Position numbers and translations under genes: made by a program. A stretch of 64,000 bases of DNA from Phoronis australis (taxonomy: Eukaryota > Animalia > Phoronida), in assembly GCA_002633005.1 (NCBI GenBank), contig NMRA01000048.1, forward strand, positions 812,416-876,415, in the 5' to 3' direction. Shown piece by piece: positions 38,775 through 52,426 of this stretch; position 1 is the stretch's first letter; each line of letters begins with the position of its first letter. Below the pieces are notes generated by a model. That model was given only the letters and a program-made list of their open reading frames with translations. It was not told the DNA's origin and searched no databases.

Positions 38775-41079
38775 ATTGTTGTGATGTTTGTTATAAATAA
38801 ATTATTTTGTTGCAGTTGTTTTTTCAGTGTGTATTTCTTCTTGGTTAGATGGACAGGTGATGGGCTCATTCATGACCATGGTAATAATGAACTTCCTTTC
38901 TTTTCTTAGACACTAAAATTAGTAGATCAACAGATAAACCTAAATGCTTTGTTTGCTTTGTTCCTACTAAAGCAAAGTGAGTTGAAAAATATGTGCCTGG
39001 TTACTCCCGGTTTAGCTAGTCCTGTTTTGGAGATTTTCCCAAACAGCAAACGATGTTGATATCTGGCTAATATGAAAAGCTTGCATAAGAAAGTCCACAA
39101 CACTTTTTACACATTGTCAAAATTTGGCTTCAGATATTTGTTGGTGAAAACATTTCTCAGTGGATATTTATTGACCCTGTAATTCTAGAATTATCACTCC
39201 CCAAAATCTAAGTAAAGGCTGGTTTCCAATTAGGCAGGAGAATACCTCAGGTCTACCCAGGGGGTGACTTGCAGGCCCACTGATCACAGTGGTTTCCATC
39301 CCACTTCAGGCTGAGATTAAAATTAGGATGTGGCCAATCCCTGTATCCTGTAATTCCTTGAAGGGGGAACTTAAATAGTTTTTATTACTTTTAAGAGGCA
39401 TTTCATTATTGCTCATTTAAGAAGCAACTAATGAAAGTTCATTGCTCTGAAGACACAAACCATGTCTGACCTTTTCACAGGGTTGCTTTCCACACTTGAG
39501 TAATTATTCAAGCATCATTTAAGTAAACTAGTGTAAACATGTTCACATTGATGGCATTGGCCTATCCAAAACTGATAGTGACAACCGAAACTGCAACATT
39601 TTTTTGAAATTTCGTTTGTTTAATCTTTTAAAAGTGGTAAATACCCAACGAAGTGCATATTAAACTAAAACCATCTTTTTAGAAACTTTGAATCACTGTG
39701 AAATATCTATTTTTAGAAACATTTTTATTATGGAGTTTTTCCCTAAGATCATTTCTTTCACCCCAGGACAAAAAGTCCCGTAGATGGTTGTGTAACAAAT
39801 TATCAGAAATTTCCTTCTGAGCTACATATGAACATAGACTACAGTACTATAATCTATGATATGAATTATGTTTAATTTCTTAGAAATTAGAAGCAAGGAA
39901 ATTTAGTTTACATAAAGGTTAAAATTATCAGTTCTTATAGTACATTATTTTGTATGTTTGAATACTTGTTTGAAATTCTATTAGAGTGGCAATTTTTGTT
40001 TGATTTGGAAGTCTCTTATTTTATGACTATTTCTGAATACTGAATTTAATACTTGACCCCATTTTGAGTCCAAGTGCCTCAACTCTGCTGTTGCTACAGG
40101 CACATGAAGTTTATGATTACTCGGTCATATATATCCAGTGAAATTTCCCAACAAAATTCAGAATTTTCGGCATTTCCGGATTGTTACTCTTTTAGATAGA
40201 CCGAAATAAATTCGAAGGGAAAATCAGGGGAGGCTACCGGCGATGGAAGGGGCTTGACGCGCGGTCCCCTGTCAAGTCATGGGAGCGACACCTACAAGTA
40301 GAAATGATGACGAGGAAACTTATGTCACTACAGAAGAAAAAGCAGCGATTGAAGCGAATTTTGTCATTTCAAATTGGTGCAACCTTGCCTTGCTCTAATG
40401 TCCGACTCTCCAATGTTACTTCCCGTATAATCTCACGTCGCACAGACAATCCATTGCCGACACGCACATGCGCTGACACGCAAGCGCACTCATACCCACC
40501 TAACATCTAATGCATATTTGTATTGCTAAGAACCGTTGGCTCATTTAGTGTACTGCCTTGTACGTATCCTGACAGGTCGTGAATATGTATTTTGGCTTGA
40601 GTAACCAACACGAAGGAAGGAATACAGTTGAGGAAAACTGGAACAATAAATTATTCCACTCGATTCAGAACTGATGCACAAAAAATTGCGCCAGACAAGC
40701 AGCATCACTGTATATAGCGTCAGCTGCAGTACAATCCATATAAATGTACCTGCATATGCAATTGACAAAAACGTGTGTCAAATTAAAATCTGCTTGCACA
40801 CCATTAAAATATGAGTTCCGAGAAAAGTCATTTCGATTGATATATTCTGTATGAAAAATTTAATTCAGTGAACTCATTGGACATAAGGACAGCGAATGAC
40901 TTGTCGCAATGTTCTCCAACCTAAACACTGCTTTTGTGATTACGATATTAACAGTAAACAAATATCGGGAACCCCCAATGCAAATGTGATATGGTTGATT
41001 TTTTAAAACAATGTAGGAATCTGCCATCATGTAGTGACCATATGGTAGGATTTCACACTTCAGAACACCATACCCATAG

Positions 41080-41285
41080 CACCATGCTTCGTCAATTTTG
41101 CAACAGATTCTATTGACTGCCCTGTATAAGATATGCTCTGGCAACCTGCCATCGTACTGGACCATTTTCCGTGCCAAACATCCATCCCGTGCTGTGGTGT
41201 GGACCTATGTGCCTGGTCATGCCGGCGTCCAAGTGCTGGCGTCGAAGTGAATGAAAGAGCGGAAAAAATCACTGGGGCAGGCAAC
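41080..41285 (+). mobile_element. Degenerate RNase H relic from a retrotransposon
   Basis: Frameshifted motifs VNFATDS, VVWTYVPGHAGV and GVEVNERAEKI correspond to the RNase HI motifs TDS and W-V-x-GH-x-G-x-x-GNERAD. Confidence 0.7.
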
Positions 41286-42337
41286 GAAAACAGCCCTCTT
41301 GAATCTGCACGTGTCCGACATCAAGCTTTTGACTACGACACTCTTACACCGTCAACATCAAACAGAGATTGTCTACCTATGGCGACAGGACCCGCCAGGA
41401 CCCAACAGCTTACGGGCAGCATCAGTATTGGAAGGTTGTGTCTCCAGTGCTGTGGTGAGACGATTAGTGCCGCCGCACATCATCTATGACCTTGTCTGCG
41501 ACAGGTAATTTTCAGGTAATTTGATAACAACTGTAAATTCCTAACCCGGCCCAGAGCCCCAGGAAAGCAATGTGTCCTATATATTGCTCGATTTAGTTTA
41601 TTAAGGAATAGAGCTAACATTTTATTAAGATATAATGCTTAATCTTCCTGTTGGTGATAATGGTCTCTGCAATCAAAACGGAAATTCCAGTCTATGTGCC
41701 TATACTTTTGCAAGAACAAATTCCGCTTAAGTTGCATTTGGCTGGTTTATGGCCAAAAACGAAACTCGAACTGGGTCTTTGTACTTTCATAAAATCTTTC
41801 TCGTGATATTCCCTACCGTGACATTTCCGTTACCAACACCGAAGAACATCGAAACCATCAGGGACTCAAGGAAGTGCTTCAGAACCTGTTACCCATGCCA
41901 AAGGGCGTCGTATGGAGGTCGCAAGCAATTGTTTAACTTGCGATATCCATGCGACGGGCGTAAAAACGTCGCATGGTTATCACCTATAGGACGCTATCAT
42001 TGTTTTCCTTTGTTGTGTCTTTGCTGGACAAACAATGGTTGCACAGATATCGTACCTTGGGCGCACATAAGCTAAATGCTTACCATTATCTTTATTATAA
42101 AAAATGAAAACAACGTGGACAATGAATACGCCTATCTACCGATATCTATGCGACGAACTTGCGACCTAGTTTCCCGTGGGTGGTGTCCGCCAACCCTAAC
42201 ATTGCGAATTCTGAAATGACGCATGTATGCATTGCAACGATTTAAGATCAGATTTTTCAAACTGTTTATTTTATTTTAAGAATAATATAAGAAGTGATAC
42301 AATAATTGCCCGCAAAAACTATAGGCAGGTAGATTAA

Positions 42338-42878
42338 AAATAATAATAATAATAATAATAATAAACTTTATTTGAAGAGGATAAAAATACAATAAATGTA
42401 AAACATGCTTTAGCCAAAGGCTAGTATCCAGCATGGTCCTCTGCAGCAAGAAATTAAATTAATTAAGTTAGATAAACAGATTAAATTAAGATACAATAAG
42501 ATACATTAAATAAAATAGTATTTAAAAATTGGATAAACAAGTTGAATTAAAGATAAATAAATAAATAAAAAGATTTTGGTAAATATATTGGAAAGACAAG
42601 AAGGAGGGACATCTATGACGACCACATGTAACTGATGAGGTGGTGTCTGAAATTATTATAACAATCAGCATCCTTAAGATTATTAAGCAAACTGTTCCAC
42701 TGTTTGATGGTCTGAATAAAGAAGGACTTAGAATAAAACGATGTTCTGCAAAACCAAATTGTTTGAGGCAGAAAATCTTGTCCTGATCTGGTGGCTATTT
42801 CGAACAAGTACGAGATTATGAGATAGATAAGTTGGTACATTACCGTGAAAGCACCTATGCATCATACACAGACGCCTA
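42338..42878 (-). mobile_element. 3' end of a CR1/L2-group LINE
   Basis: Contains LCMMHRCFHGNVPTYL and SFFIQTIKQWNSL...NNFRHHL, typical of the ORF2 C-terminus; AATAAA plus a (TTA)n tail lies at about 42340-42372 on the - strand. Confidence 0.8.
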
Positions 42879-43332
42879 TAACACATATAATGACAATACA
42901 CAGGTAGATTAACACATATAATGACAATACGCAGGTAGATTAACACATATAATGACAATACACAGGTAGATTAACACATATAATGACAATACACAGGTAG
43001 ATTAACACATATAATGACAATACGCAGGTAGATTAACACATACAATGACAATACACAGGTAGATTAACACACACAATGACAATACGCAGGTAGATTAACA
43101 CATATAATGACAATACGCAGGTAGATTAACACACACAATGACAATACGCAGGTAGATTAACACATATAATGACAATACACAGGTAGATTAACACATATAA
43201 TGACAATACACAGGTAGATTAACACATATAATGACAATACACATGTAGATTAACACATACAATGACAATACACAGGTAGATTAACACATATAATGACAAC
43301 ACACAGGTAGATTAACACATATAATGACAATA
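42879..43332. repeat. 31-bp minisatellite, ~14.5 copies
   Basis: Unit TAACACATATAATGACAATACACAGGTAGAT. Confidence 0.95.
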
Positions 43333-44329
43333 AATATAAAAGGGATCATTACTAACACATAAAAATCACAAAAAAGATAATTTCTACGGTTTAACAACAT
43401 AATACACAGAATATTGAACGATGTCATGACAAATACAAATACACAGACGAACAAATACACTAGGTACTATGGTAAATAGAGGGGACATCAACATTGGGCC
43501 TTGAAGAGATGAACACGGTCTATGTGGTTGACAGGACATTTTAGAAAAAAAAATTTCAATACAATTGAAGGAGCCATATTTACAAACATTTGATACGTCT
43601 TGAAAATTATGTTGAAATTTCCAGAGTTAAAGAAAAGGCTAGCACGTAGTTGATTAAGATCTATTTCTTTGTGGTGATAGTTGTTTTACAAGTAGTTGGT
43701 GTGGATGCATGAAACTCAGACGACATCTGTTGGCAGCAAGTTTAACTGATTGCAAACTTTGTGCACTTTTAAGATTTCAAAAGGCTTGACATCCCACAGT
43801 TTGGTTTACATGTAATCCAAACAAGGCCATGCACATTTTTAAATGTTTGCAAAGCGGCGTCCTGAAATTGTTGAAGAGAAGGAAATCGGAGTAATTATTA
43901 ATATTGTGAAGGAGCTTATACACGTGTGTAAACAATAATGTGCTGTTTTGTAATATTTGAAAGTAGCATACGGCAGTTAAAGGGCACCAACCCCGGTTTT
44001 GTCTTATTAACAGATATTAAAAATGAAACAAAACAATGCTCTGTAACTCTCGACAATCTTCAAATGTTTCGTGCAAAATTTGGAAATTCCTTACAAAGTT
44101 TGCTAAGCAGGCAGCCGTGACCTACGTTTTAAGCGAGTTACGCGACAACTGTAGGCCACCCACCAAGAACCATAATATCCTACCTGTGACAAAGAATATG
44201 AGTCTTTATTTGAAACCTGCTTTTATTACTCACGTGGGACGCCAATGGTGCATGAGCAGATGACAGAATGAGGATTGGTAGAAATAGTAATTGCACCTGT
44301 TGTATATGATATCTGTGTAATCAAGATGA

Positions 44330-46000
44330 AATGAAAGCATTGTACAAAAGTTTTAAGTGATGGCTCGTGATTATCCTTGATAGAGCTTCGAAAGGATTTA
44401 AGATTTTTTTTATTTTTCAGGAGTTTGTCGCATTTACGGTGGCCCAACGATGTCACCGCGCGTTTCTTTTTTAATTGTCTCGGGATCTATGTCATCTTTG
44501 GGCCACCGTACGGAATGGGGTTTGAATGTCAATTTATTGTCAAGAATTATACCAAGAGTGTCAGTGAGAACCTTTTGAGGGACTAAATTATTGTCAAGGG
44601 ATAAACGTGGAGAAGAGGATGTTACATCACGGACCATTTATGGAGCAAATCGAGATAGTTTGGAGACGAACAAATTTTTCAGATTTGTCTTTGGATAAGG
44701 GATTAGAAGACACGAGCATCGTCTGCATACACATAACATTTGGAAAGAAGTGAGTCCAATATATTATGAATGAAAATTAGGAATCCTAGTAGACTCAGAA
44801 CACTGCCCTGAGACCCCCCGGAGTTTGTAAAACACCGTGGTTGTTCACTTGACAACCTACCCTCTACTCTGACCCTAAAGGAGCGACAGAAAAGATAAGA
44901 AGCGGGCAAGCGGAGAAAAGAGCTGGTGATTTCATAAAATTTAATCAAATGCTGAAGCTAAAACTAAAAAAGACGCACCTGACCTTGCCTTTCAGAAATT
45001 CAGAGTAAACACTACAGATAATATCAATTAACTAGGAAGCAGTACTTCTCCCAAGCAGGGGAAACCTTGAAAACAAGTTTGGATAGAGTACCAAGTGAAT
45101 GAATACCCTTAGCAGATGAATCTTTTTGTACACTGGAAACATTATCTCACGCAGTCCTCCAACTAGATGGAAAGCAACCAGACAATATTTTGTTGAAAAG
45201 CTTAACAGTTGGAACTGTTAGCGGCTGGGCACACATTTTCAGCATGGTGCTACTAGTTAATTTATCAGAAGCATCGCCCTTTTCGGTATCAGTTCCCTCT
45301 AACAGTTTTCTTACTTCGGCTAGAGTCACTTGCAGGTTGCAAAATTCAACCATGGTTTGATAGTATAGAAGAATTCATTGGAGATGGACTAGCATGGTTG
45401 ATACCAACCGTTAATATTTTTCAAAAAACAATTTGACCTATTTTAAATTAGTAATTGCCCCGTCACCAGTGTTCGTCCATTTTAAACAGGTAAGATTTGC
45501 CAAGAATTTGGGTTACAATGTCCTCGTATGCCTTTAATTTTTTGGTTTCTTTCCAATACTGCGGGACAAGACCTTCACGGTAAATTCTTTATAGTGAGTA
45601 ATTAGATTTTCTACATGAACACATTGGTCACGCTACCTGCTAAAAATAACCTGACTATCAGACTTTCCAAACGCTCTATAGTCTCACTTTGTGCCTCAAT
45701 GTCGATTCTGAATTGTTTATTACGTTTGTTATTTTTTTTCACATGGAATGGAGTATTGTCCTTTACATGGTAAATACTTTCTCTTTGAAACTGTTTGTAA
45801 TTGTGTTGGTATAATCACAACCGAAAATTGAAATTCAGTCCATTTTAGACAATTTTCTGGATATCATGTCATTGGCGAGATCATATTTTCAAATTATCAC
45901 GTCTGGCTGTGTTGACCGAGCCCTGCCAAAAAGAGACGTAGATAGCAAGTGATAAAGATTGGATGAGCGTGGTAATGTCGTCAAACGTCGAAGGGCTTTG
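44330..46000 (-). mobile_element. Highly degraded non-LTR retrotransposon (CR1-group) reverse-transcriptase region
   Basis: Fragments LKMCAQPL..LFNKIL.GCFPSSW, SGGSQGSVLSLLGFLIFI (from SGVPQGSVLGPLLF), YVYADD and LGIILDNKLTF; many stops. Boundaries are approximate. Confidence 0.85.
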
Positions 46001-47950
46001 GTTAACATTGGCAGCTGAACTGTGGGGAAATGCCTTTTTAGGGTACGCGTGCCATCATACAAACAAAGGTCTCGCGTCTAATTCAAGAGAAATAAAATAT
46101 TTGCTGACGCAATCAGCACCCGGGATCTAATCTCCAAATTCTAAAGTTATCTTGTAGTTTTCGTTATACATTTGCAGTGCTAACTCAAAATAAGTCATTC
46201 TGGTTACGCAGATGAGTGTATATTTTTTACTGGCACTTTATGACCCCAAAATCTCAGTCACAAACTCAATTAAAAACTCCAGAATTCGAGTAAAAAGTCG
46301 AAATTTTAAGGTCAGAGGCGAACTTACGGTTTCAATGTTGGGGTCATCAAGAGCAAACTAGAATTAGCCAACCATCCACGCGAACATAATGAACCTGAGC
46401 AAAAGAATAAGAGACATTTATCTTGAGTTAGCACAAAAGTAGAACGGAAAATTACAAAAATAGTATTGAGTTCTTATTCGAGTTCAAAGATTAAACTCTG
46501 GACGTGTTTGAAAAAGATTGACAAAACAGCAACTGATTAAGTGTCTCCACTTATTCGGTGTTAAGTTAATGCAACACATTTCGTGGTGGGGGGGGGGCTC
46601 TCCTTTGGTTGGAGGAGTGGCTCGGTTGTGTATTCGTCACTCTGATGAATGGGTGTTTTACATTTCCGGAATCTTCTCAGCTAAGCCATTTCTGCTCTGG
46701 CAGGTAGTTTTGTTCAAGTAGTATTTTACCCTCCGGGGTACAGTTTCCGTCGGGTAAGTATTTTTGCTTCGTGTTTAATGTGGTATCGCCTGGATTTATT
46801 TACCAAACGAATTGTCTGCAGAAAGTGGTTACAAACGGTTGGCGAAAGCTGTATTTTCTCGATAGCTAGAGTTTCGCCTTTTATTATTGTCTCAGAAGAG
46901 CAAGTCATTTGGCATTGTCTCGGATAATATTTCTATTTTCCCGGTATAGTCAATCTGGATTTTTGATATGCGACGGTCCCCGTAGAATTGGCGTTTTAAG
47001 TGGCTATAAATTAGCGTTTTTATTTTGACAACTTACGGATCTCAACTAAATGTTTCTTACTCGAATGAGGAGTGATTTCTGGGTTTGCACATACTAAACG
47101 TGACGTCACTTTTCGATTCTCGGCCCATAACATGACACCCCGTGACAAGCTGACATGTGGAGGTGGTCTTAAACAAAAACTAACTATTAATTTTCCGAAG
47201 CCCTGAACTCAAATTTGACTAAGTATCAATATGTGACTAAGTACCAATATGAGACCTATTTCCTAACGGTAAGTGAGGTAAATCAAAGTCTGTTTTTGTG
47301 ACCGAAGTAATTACTGTGGTATACAAAGGAAAGTCCCGAATATTTATTTGTGCTCCAGGAAATTTCATCACAACCAACACAAGATGACGGGGGTCATCAT
47401 CTGAAAAAGTTGGTCATTGTTATTTTCAATAAAAGTGTAAGTGGATAGAAACAGACCCAAATCTGAAAATATAGTTTAACTCCGCTCTGACAGCAGATCG
47501 TACATCATGGGAAGAATTCTGACATCCTAACCTGTCGAGGTCGGGCAACTCGACACTGAGGTTTGCGCACCACAGAATCTGCCGGTTCAGATCAAAGACA
47601 ACATGCTGTTGTCACGGTGGTTCATTAATCCGCATCAGGCTACCGATGTTACCATCAACGGAGTGGTTTTGAAAGTTTATAAATGCCACATTTGAATAGT
47701 TCGTGAAAAACACAAGTGATTAGGTTTTTGAATTTGGAAAATTGGCCAAGAAATGTGACTTTTACAACCTAAAACATTTCTTTCATGTTGAAATGATGTA
47801 TTCCTAGCTAATTCTACAGGGTGTGTAACCCCAAGTCAAACTGTCAATATTTAAAGTTTCTAGACTCGAGTTTGGCGAATAAGAGGATTAAAATTCAAAT
47901 CAAACCAAATTTTTTCTATATTGCAGTAAAATCTCCACCAATTTAGGATG

Positions 47951-49710
47951 CAATATTGTGGACAGATGTAACAACCAATATTGTGGACAGATGTAACAAC
48001 CAATATTGTGGACAGATGTAACAACCAATATTGTGGACAGATGTAACAACCAATATTGTGGACAGATGTAACAACCAATATTGTGGACAGATGTAACAAC
48101 CAATATTGTGGACAGATGTAACAACCAATATTGTGGACAGATGTAACAACCAATATTGTGGACAGATGTAACAACCAATATTGTGGACAGATGTAACAAC
48201 CAATATTGTGGACAGATGTAACAACCAATATTGTGGACAGATGTAACAACCAATATTGTGGACAGATGTAACAACCAATATTGTGGACAGATGTAACAAC
48301 CAATATTGTGGACAGATGTAACAACCAATATTGTGGACAGATGTAACAACCAATATTGTGGACAGATGTAACAACCAATATTGTGGACAGATGTAACAAC
48401 CAATATTGTGGACAGATGTAACAACCAATATTGTGGACAGATGTAACAACCAATATTGTGGACAGATGTAACAACCAATATTGTGGACAGATGTAACAAC
48501 CAATATTGTGGACAGATGTAACAACCAATATTGTGGACAGATGTAACAACCAATATTGTGGACAGATGTAACAACCAATATTGTGGACAGATGTAACAAC
48601 CAATATTGTGGACAGATGTAACAACCAATATTGTGGACAGATGTAACAACCAATATTGTGGACAGATGTAACAACCAATATTGTGGACAGATGTAACAAC
48701 CAATATTGTGGACAGATGTAACAACCAATATTGTGGACAGATGTAACAACCAATATTGTGGACAGATGTAACAACCAATATTGTGGACAGATGTAACAAC
48801 CAATATTGTGGACAGATGTAACAACCAATATTGTGGACAGATGTAACAACCAATATTGTGGACAGATGTAACAACCAATATTGTGGACAGATGTAACAAC
48901 CAATATTGTGGACAGATGTAACAACCAATATTGTGGACAGATGTAACAACCAATATTGTGGACAGATGTAACAACCAATATTGTGGACAGATGTAACAAC
49001 CAATATTGTGGACAGATGTAACAACCAATATTGTGGACAGATGTAACAACCAATATTGTGGACAGATGTAACAACCAATATTGTGGACAGATGTAACAAC
49101 CAATATTGTGGACAGATGTAACAACCAATATTGTGGACAGATGTAACAACCAATATTGTGGACAGATGTAACAACCAATATTGTGGACAGATGTAACAAC
49201 CAATATTGTGGACAGATGTAACAACCAATATTGTGGACAGATGTAACAACCAATATTGTGGACAGATGTAACAACCAATATTGTGGACAGATGTAACAAC
49301 CAATATTGTGGACAGATGTAACAACCAATATTGTGGACAGATGTAACAACCAATATTGTGGACAGATGTAACAACCAATATTGTGGACAGATGTAACAAC
49401 CAATATTGTGGACAGATGTAACAACCAATATTGTGGACAGATGTAACAACCAATATTGTGGACAGATGTAACAACCAATATTGTGGACAGATGTAACAAC
49501 CAATATTGTGGACAGATGTAACAACCAATATTGTGGACAGATGTAACAACCAATATTGTGGACAGATGTAACAACCAATATTGTGGACAGATGTAACAAC
49601 CAATATTGTGGACAGATGTAACAACCAATATTGTGGACAGATGTAACAACCAATATTGTGGACAGATGTAACAACCAATATTGTGGACAGATGTAACAAC
49701 CAATATTGTG
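47951..49710. repeat. 25-bp perfect tandem array, ~70 copies (CAATATTGTGGACAGATGTAACAAC)
   Basis: 1760 bp of identical units with no spacers, ending at a single N (49711). Confidence 0.98.
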
Positions 49711-49759
49711 NAGTATTGTAGCCCCTATATGGCCAACCGAGGGGCTACGTGTTGCCTAC

Positions 49760-49960
49760 TAGATGGCCCCGCGTTGGTTTGAATGCGCTAAATCTCCCCT
49801 TACTCCCAGCTCTCCTAATGTTGTTTATCCATTTTTCACGAAGTTCTTGGTTTGCAGGGAACTCATAAAAACTCAGATTTTTATCTCTCTTGTTGTTTTT
49901 GAAGCAGCCAAGAACACAACAAGTGTATCCGCCGTAAGTTTTATGCTTGTTACTATGGCC
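49760..49960 (-). pseudogene. Truncated THAP-domain fragment (transposon relic)
   Basis: GGYTCCVLGCFKNNKRDKNLSFYEFPANQELREKWINNIRR...FKPTRGHLV* has C-x4-C, FP and W motifs, but the CxxH half is missing. Confidence 0.8.
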
Positions 49961-51212
49961 GCTTTCGGAATCCCGACCACAGCACCCACAATGCACCATA
50001 TTAACCTAATTTCAATATGGCGTCGCTGCAAATCCGCTAATACCAAACTATCGGGCAGCAGTTGGATTTTGAGGTTAGCCAAGTGTCATCGTACAATTCT
50101 TGGCATGCTAAATATACTGCAATGATTATGATTATGAATCTGTTTTTTCGTCAGATAGCAAATTTATTACTGGAAATATTGTGTTTTCTGATTATCCACC
50201 TTTGGCGACCCTTTACGAAAAAAACAATTCCCACCAGCAGTATATCCTCGACCATTTTGTGTTTATGTCCTAGTGCGTGTCGATATCACAGTCCACAAGT
50301 AAAAAAACTTCAAGACAACGTTGTATAAGATACTCAAAACTAATTTTGAAGTGAACGATCGATACCCAATAACAGTACTAGAAAATGTAAAACAAACCGC
50401 ATTTCAGGTGTTCTTTAACTAACCCATTAAAAATTTTATGAATGAGTTACAACATAGAATGCACAACGCGAAGCTGTTTTAGTTGCTTCTAAAGAATTTT
50501 TAAATAACCGTGTTCATTTGATTTTAAATTGGCTGCCAAATAATAAACCGATACTTTTACTTTATTGTATTTGTAAAATTAAATTCTCATGTTTTTTAGC
50601 TTTAGCATATCGTTCTTTATAATACTTTCAAAGGCCGTATTCAGTTTGTGTGCCCATCTGGTGCATCAGGTTAAATGTGTCGTTTTGGTCGAGCTCATCT
50701 GGTAGGCAATCGAATAAAACTAAGCCATGTGGTACCTAATTATTAACTGCTGTCTCGTAGCACCTTGTGCCCATTCGACAGTTTGTACGTGTGCCCATCT
50801 GGTATTTCAGGTAACGTTTTCCGGTTTGTTCGACCCCATCTAATAGGTAATCGACCAATACCCATTTGGTATCGTGTACCTATCTGCTACCCCCTAACAA
50901 CGTACATAGTTTAATTGTCATGATAATGCTTTAACCATAAAGCGAAACGTTGATCATGAAAATCTACGTAGCTGCGCTGATTTTTAAATTTCCTTGTACT
51001 TAATCGTTCTGCCTTACCCATCTAGTACCCTAAATGTTTACTGCTGTTTCGTGGTGCCAAAGATACTCTATAGTCAATGGTGGTACCTTGTACCAAACTG
51101 CTTCGTACCACGTGACCACTTTTGTGTACAGAGCCGTGACCTCAAAGGCCACGTAAACGTCCACTCTCGTGTTGAGTTGTTATTCCCCAACACTGCTTTT
51201 CTTTATTCCACG

Positions 51213-51453
51213 CACACAGTCTGACCATAGTGTAATGTCACACAGTCTGGCCATAGTGTAATGTCACACAGTCTGGCCATAGTGTAATGTCACACAGTCT
51301 GGCCATAGTGTAATGTCACACAGTCTGGCCATAGTGTAATGTCACACAGTCTGGCCATAGTGTAATGTCACACAGTCTGACCATAGTGTAATGTCACACA
51401 GTCTGGCCATAGTGTAATGTCACACAGTCTGGCCATAGTGTAATGTAACACAG
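51213..51453. repeat. 26-bp tandem repeat, ~9 copies
   Basis: Unit CACACAGTCTGGCCATAGTGTAATGT. Confidence 0.95.
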
Positions 51454-52383
51454 AAAGGCTCAGTAAACTAAATATCTACAGTTTTTACAAATGCAAGGCC
51501 TGTTGATCGATGCAGTGTGTGTGCTCACTGCTCATTGCATTTTTACTCATGGCACAAAAGCTCTGACACGGTGAGGAAGTTACCTATAAATATCACATGA
51601 CTTGCACATAAAGACGTTCTGTTAACAACGGCTCAGTCTTACATGGTGAGTTAACTGGGAGAGTTGGACCTTTTTCGAGATAGTCTTGACTGTCATTAGT
51701 GCACAGGGGTCTGATACTGACACTCTACTCCCTTTAAGGTCATCGACAGCGTCAGTGAGTTATGTTTTAGATGCGCCAACCGAGGTTTGTGATTGCAGAC
51801 TCGATCTTCTTAGTTTACAGGTCTGTGTGCTCCGTAAGTGTGTCATCCATGTTGTTCATGTTGCCTGCGTTTTATTGCAGTTTTTAATTTCCTCGTCTCT
51901 GAACTGTCAGCTGTGTTAAAAAAACAGGAGGAAGCAACATTAAGCGTTGCCAGTATGAATTTGCTTTTGAGTGTACTTCTCATGTCTTAATTCTAACAAT
52001 ATATCCAAAAATGTCAAGCATAGAACTTCCGAAGGTATCACTGATGTACTCACGATTGGTAATCCTATAGTGACTTGTCATATTTACCTACGACCTTCCC
52101 ATGCTGCACAGCTGGTTTAAGACCATGTACAGGTGTTCCAAATGCAATGTTTCTAACACAATCCTCCCGTATACTATGCAATATTTTATTGTTGTAAGAA
52201 CAGTTATTGTAGTACTTGTATTGGGGTGGATTCAATACATTGAATTTCGGGTACATATGTTAATTGTTAGATAAACGCATATCTTGATCACGACTTCCTA
52301 AATTCAACTGCTTCAGGTGATGAATTATACTGACGTCAACTCTAAAATCTATTTACTCCAACCTACTAGCCTATCTATATTGC

Positions 52384-52426
52384 CAGGACGTTTCGGTTGG
52401 TCATTTTCCCCGCCATCTTCAGGTGT
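52384..52426 (-). ncRNA. Solitary minimal hammerhead-like motif (Penelope pLTR type)
   Basis: Reverse strand reads CTGAAGA-T-GGCGGGGAAAATGACCAACC-GAAAC-GTC; the core is intact but stems I and II are imperfect. Confidence 0.55.

Noticed and set aside
41251-41508. 85-aa ORF ending at a GT donor-like site as a host exon
   Set aside because: It overlaps the decayed RNase H relic in another frame, and no partner exons were found.
46642-46680. Possible fourth hammerhead (CTGATGA..GGAA)
   Set aside because: The core reads GGAA rather than GAAA, and there is no convincing stem III or cleavage triplet.
47860-49703. Three ~600-aa ORFs on the - strand
   Set aside because: They arise from a stop-free 25-bp tandem unit and give the same 25-aa repeat in all frames; there is no gene context.
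47951-49710. CRISPR-like appearance of the 25-bp array (and of the 26-, 31- and 56-bp arrays)
   Set aside because: Units are contiguous with no unique spacers, there are no cas genes, and the context is eukaryotic.
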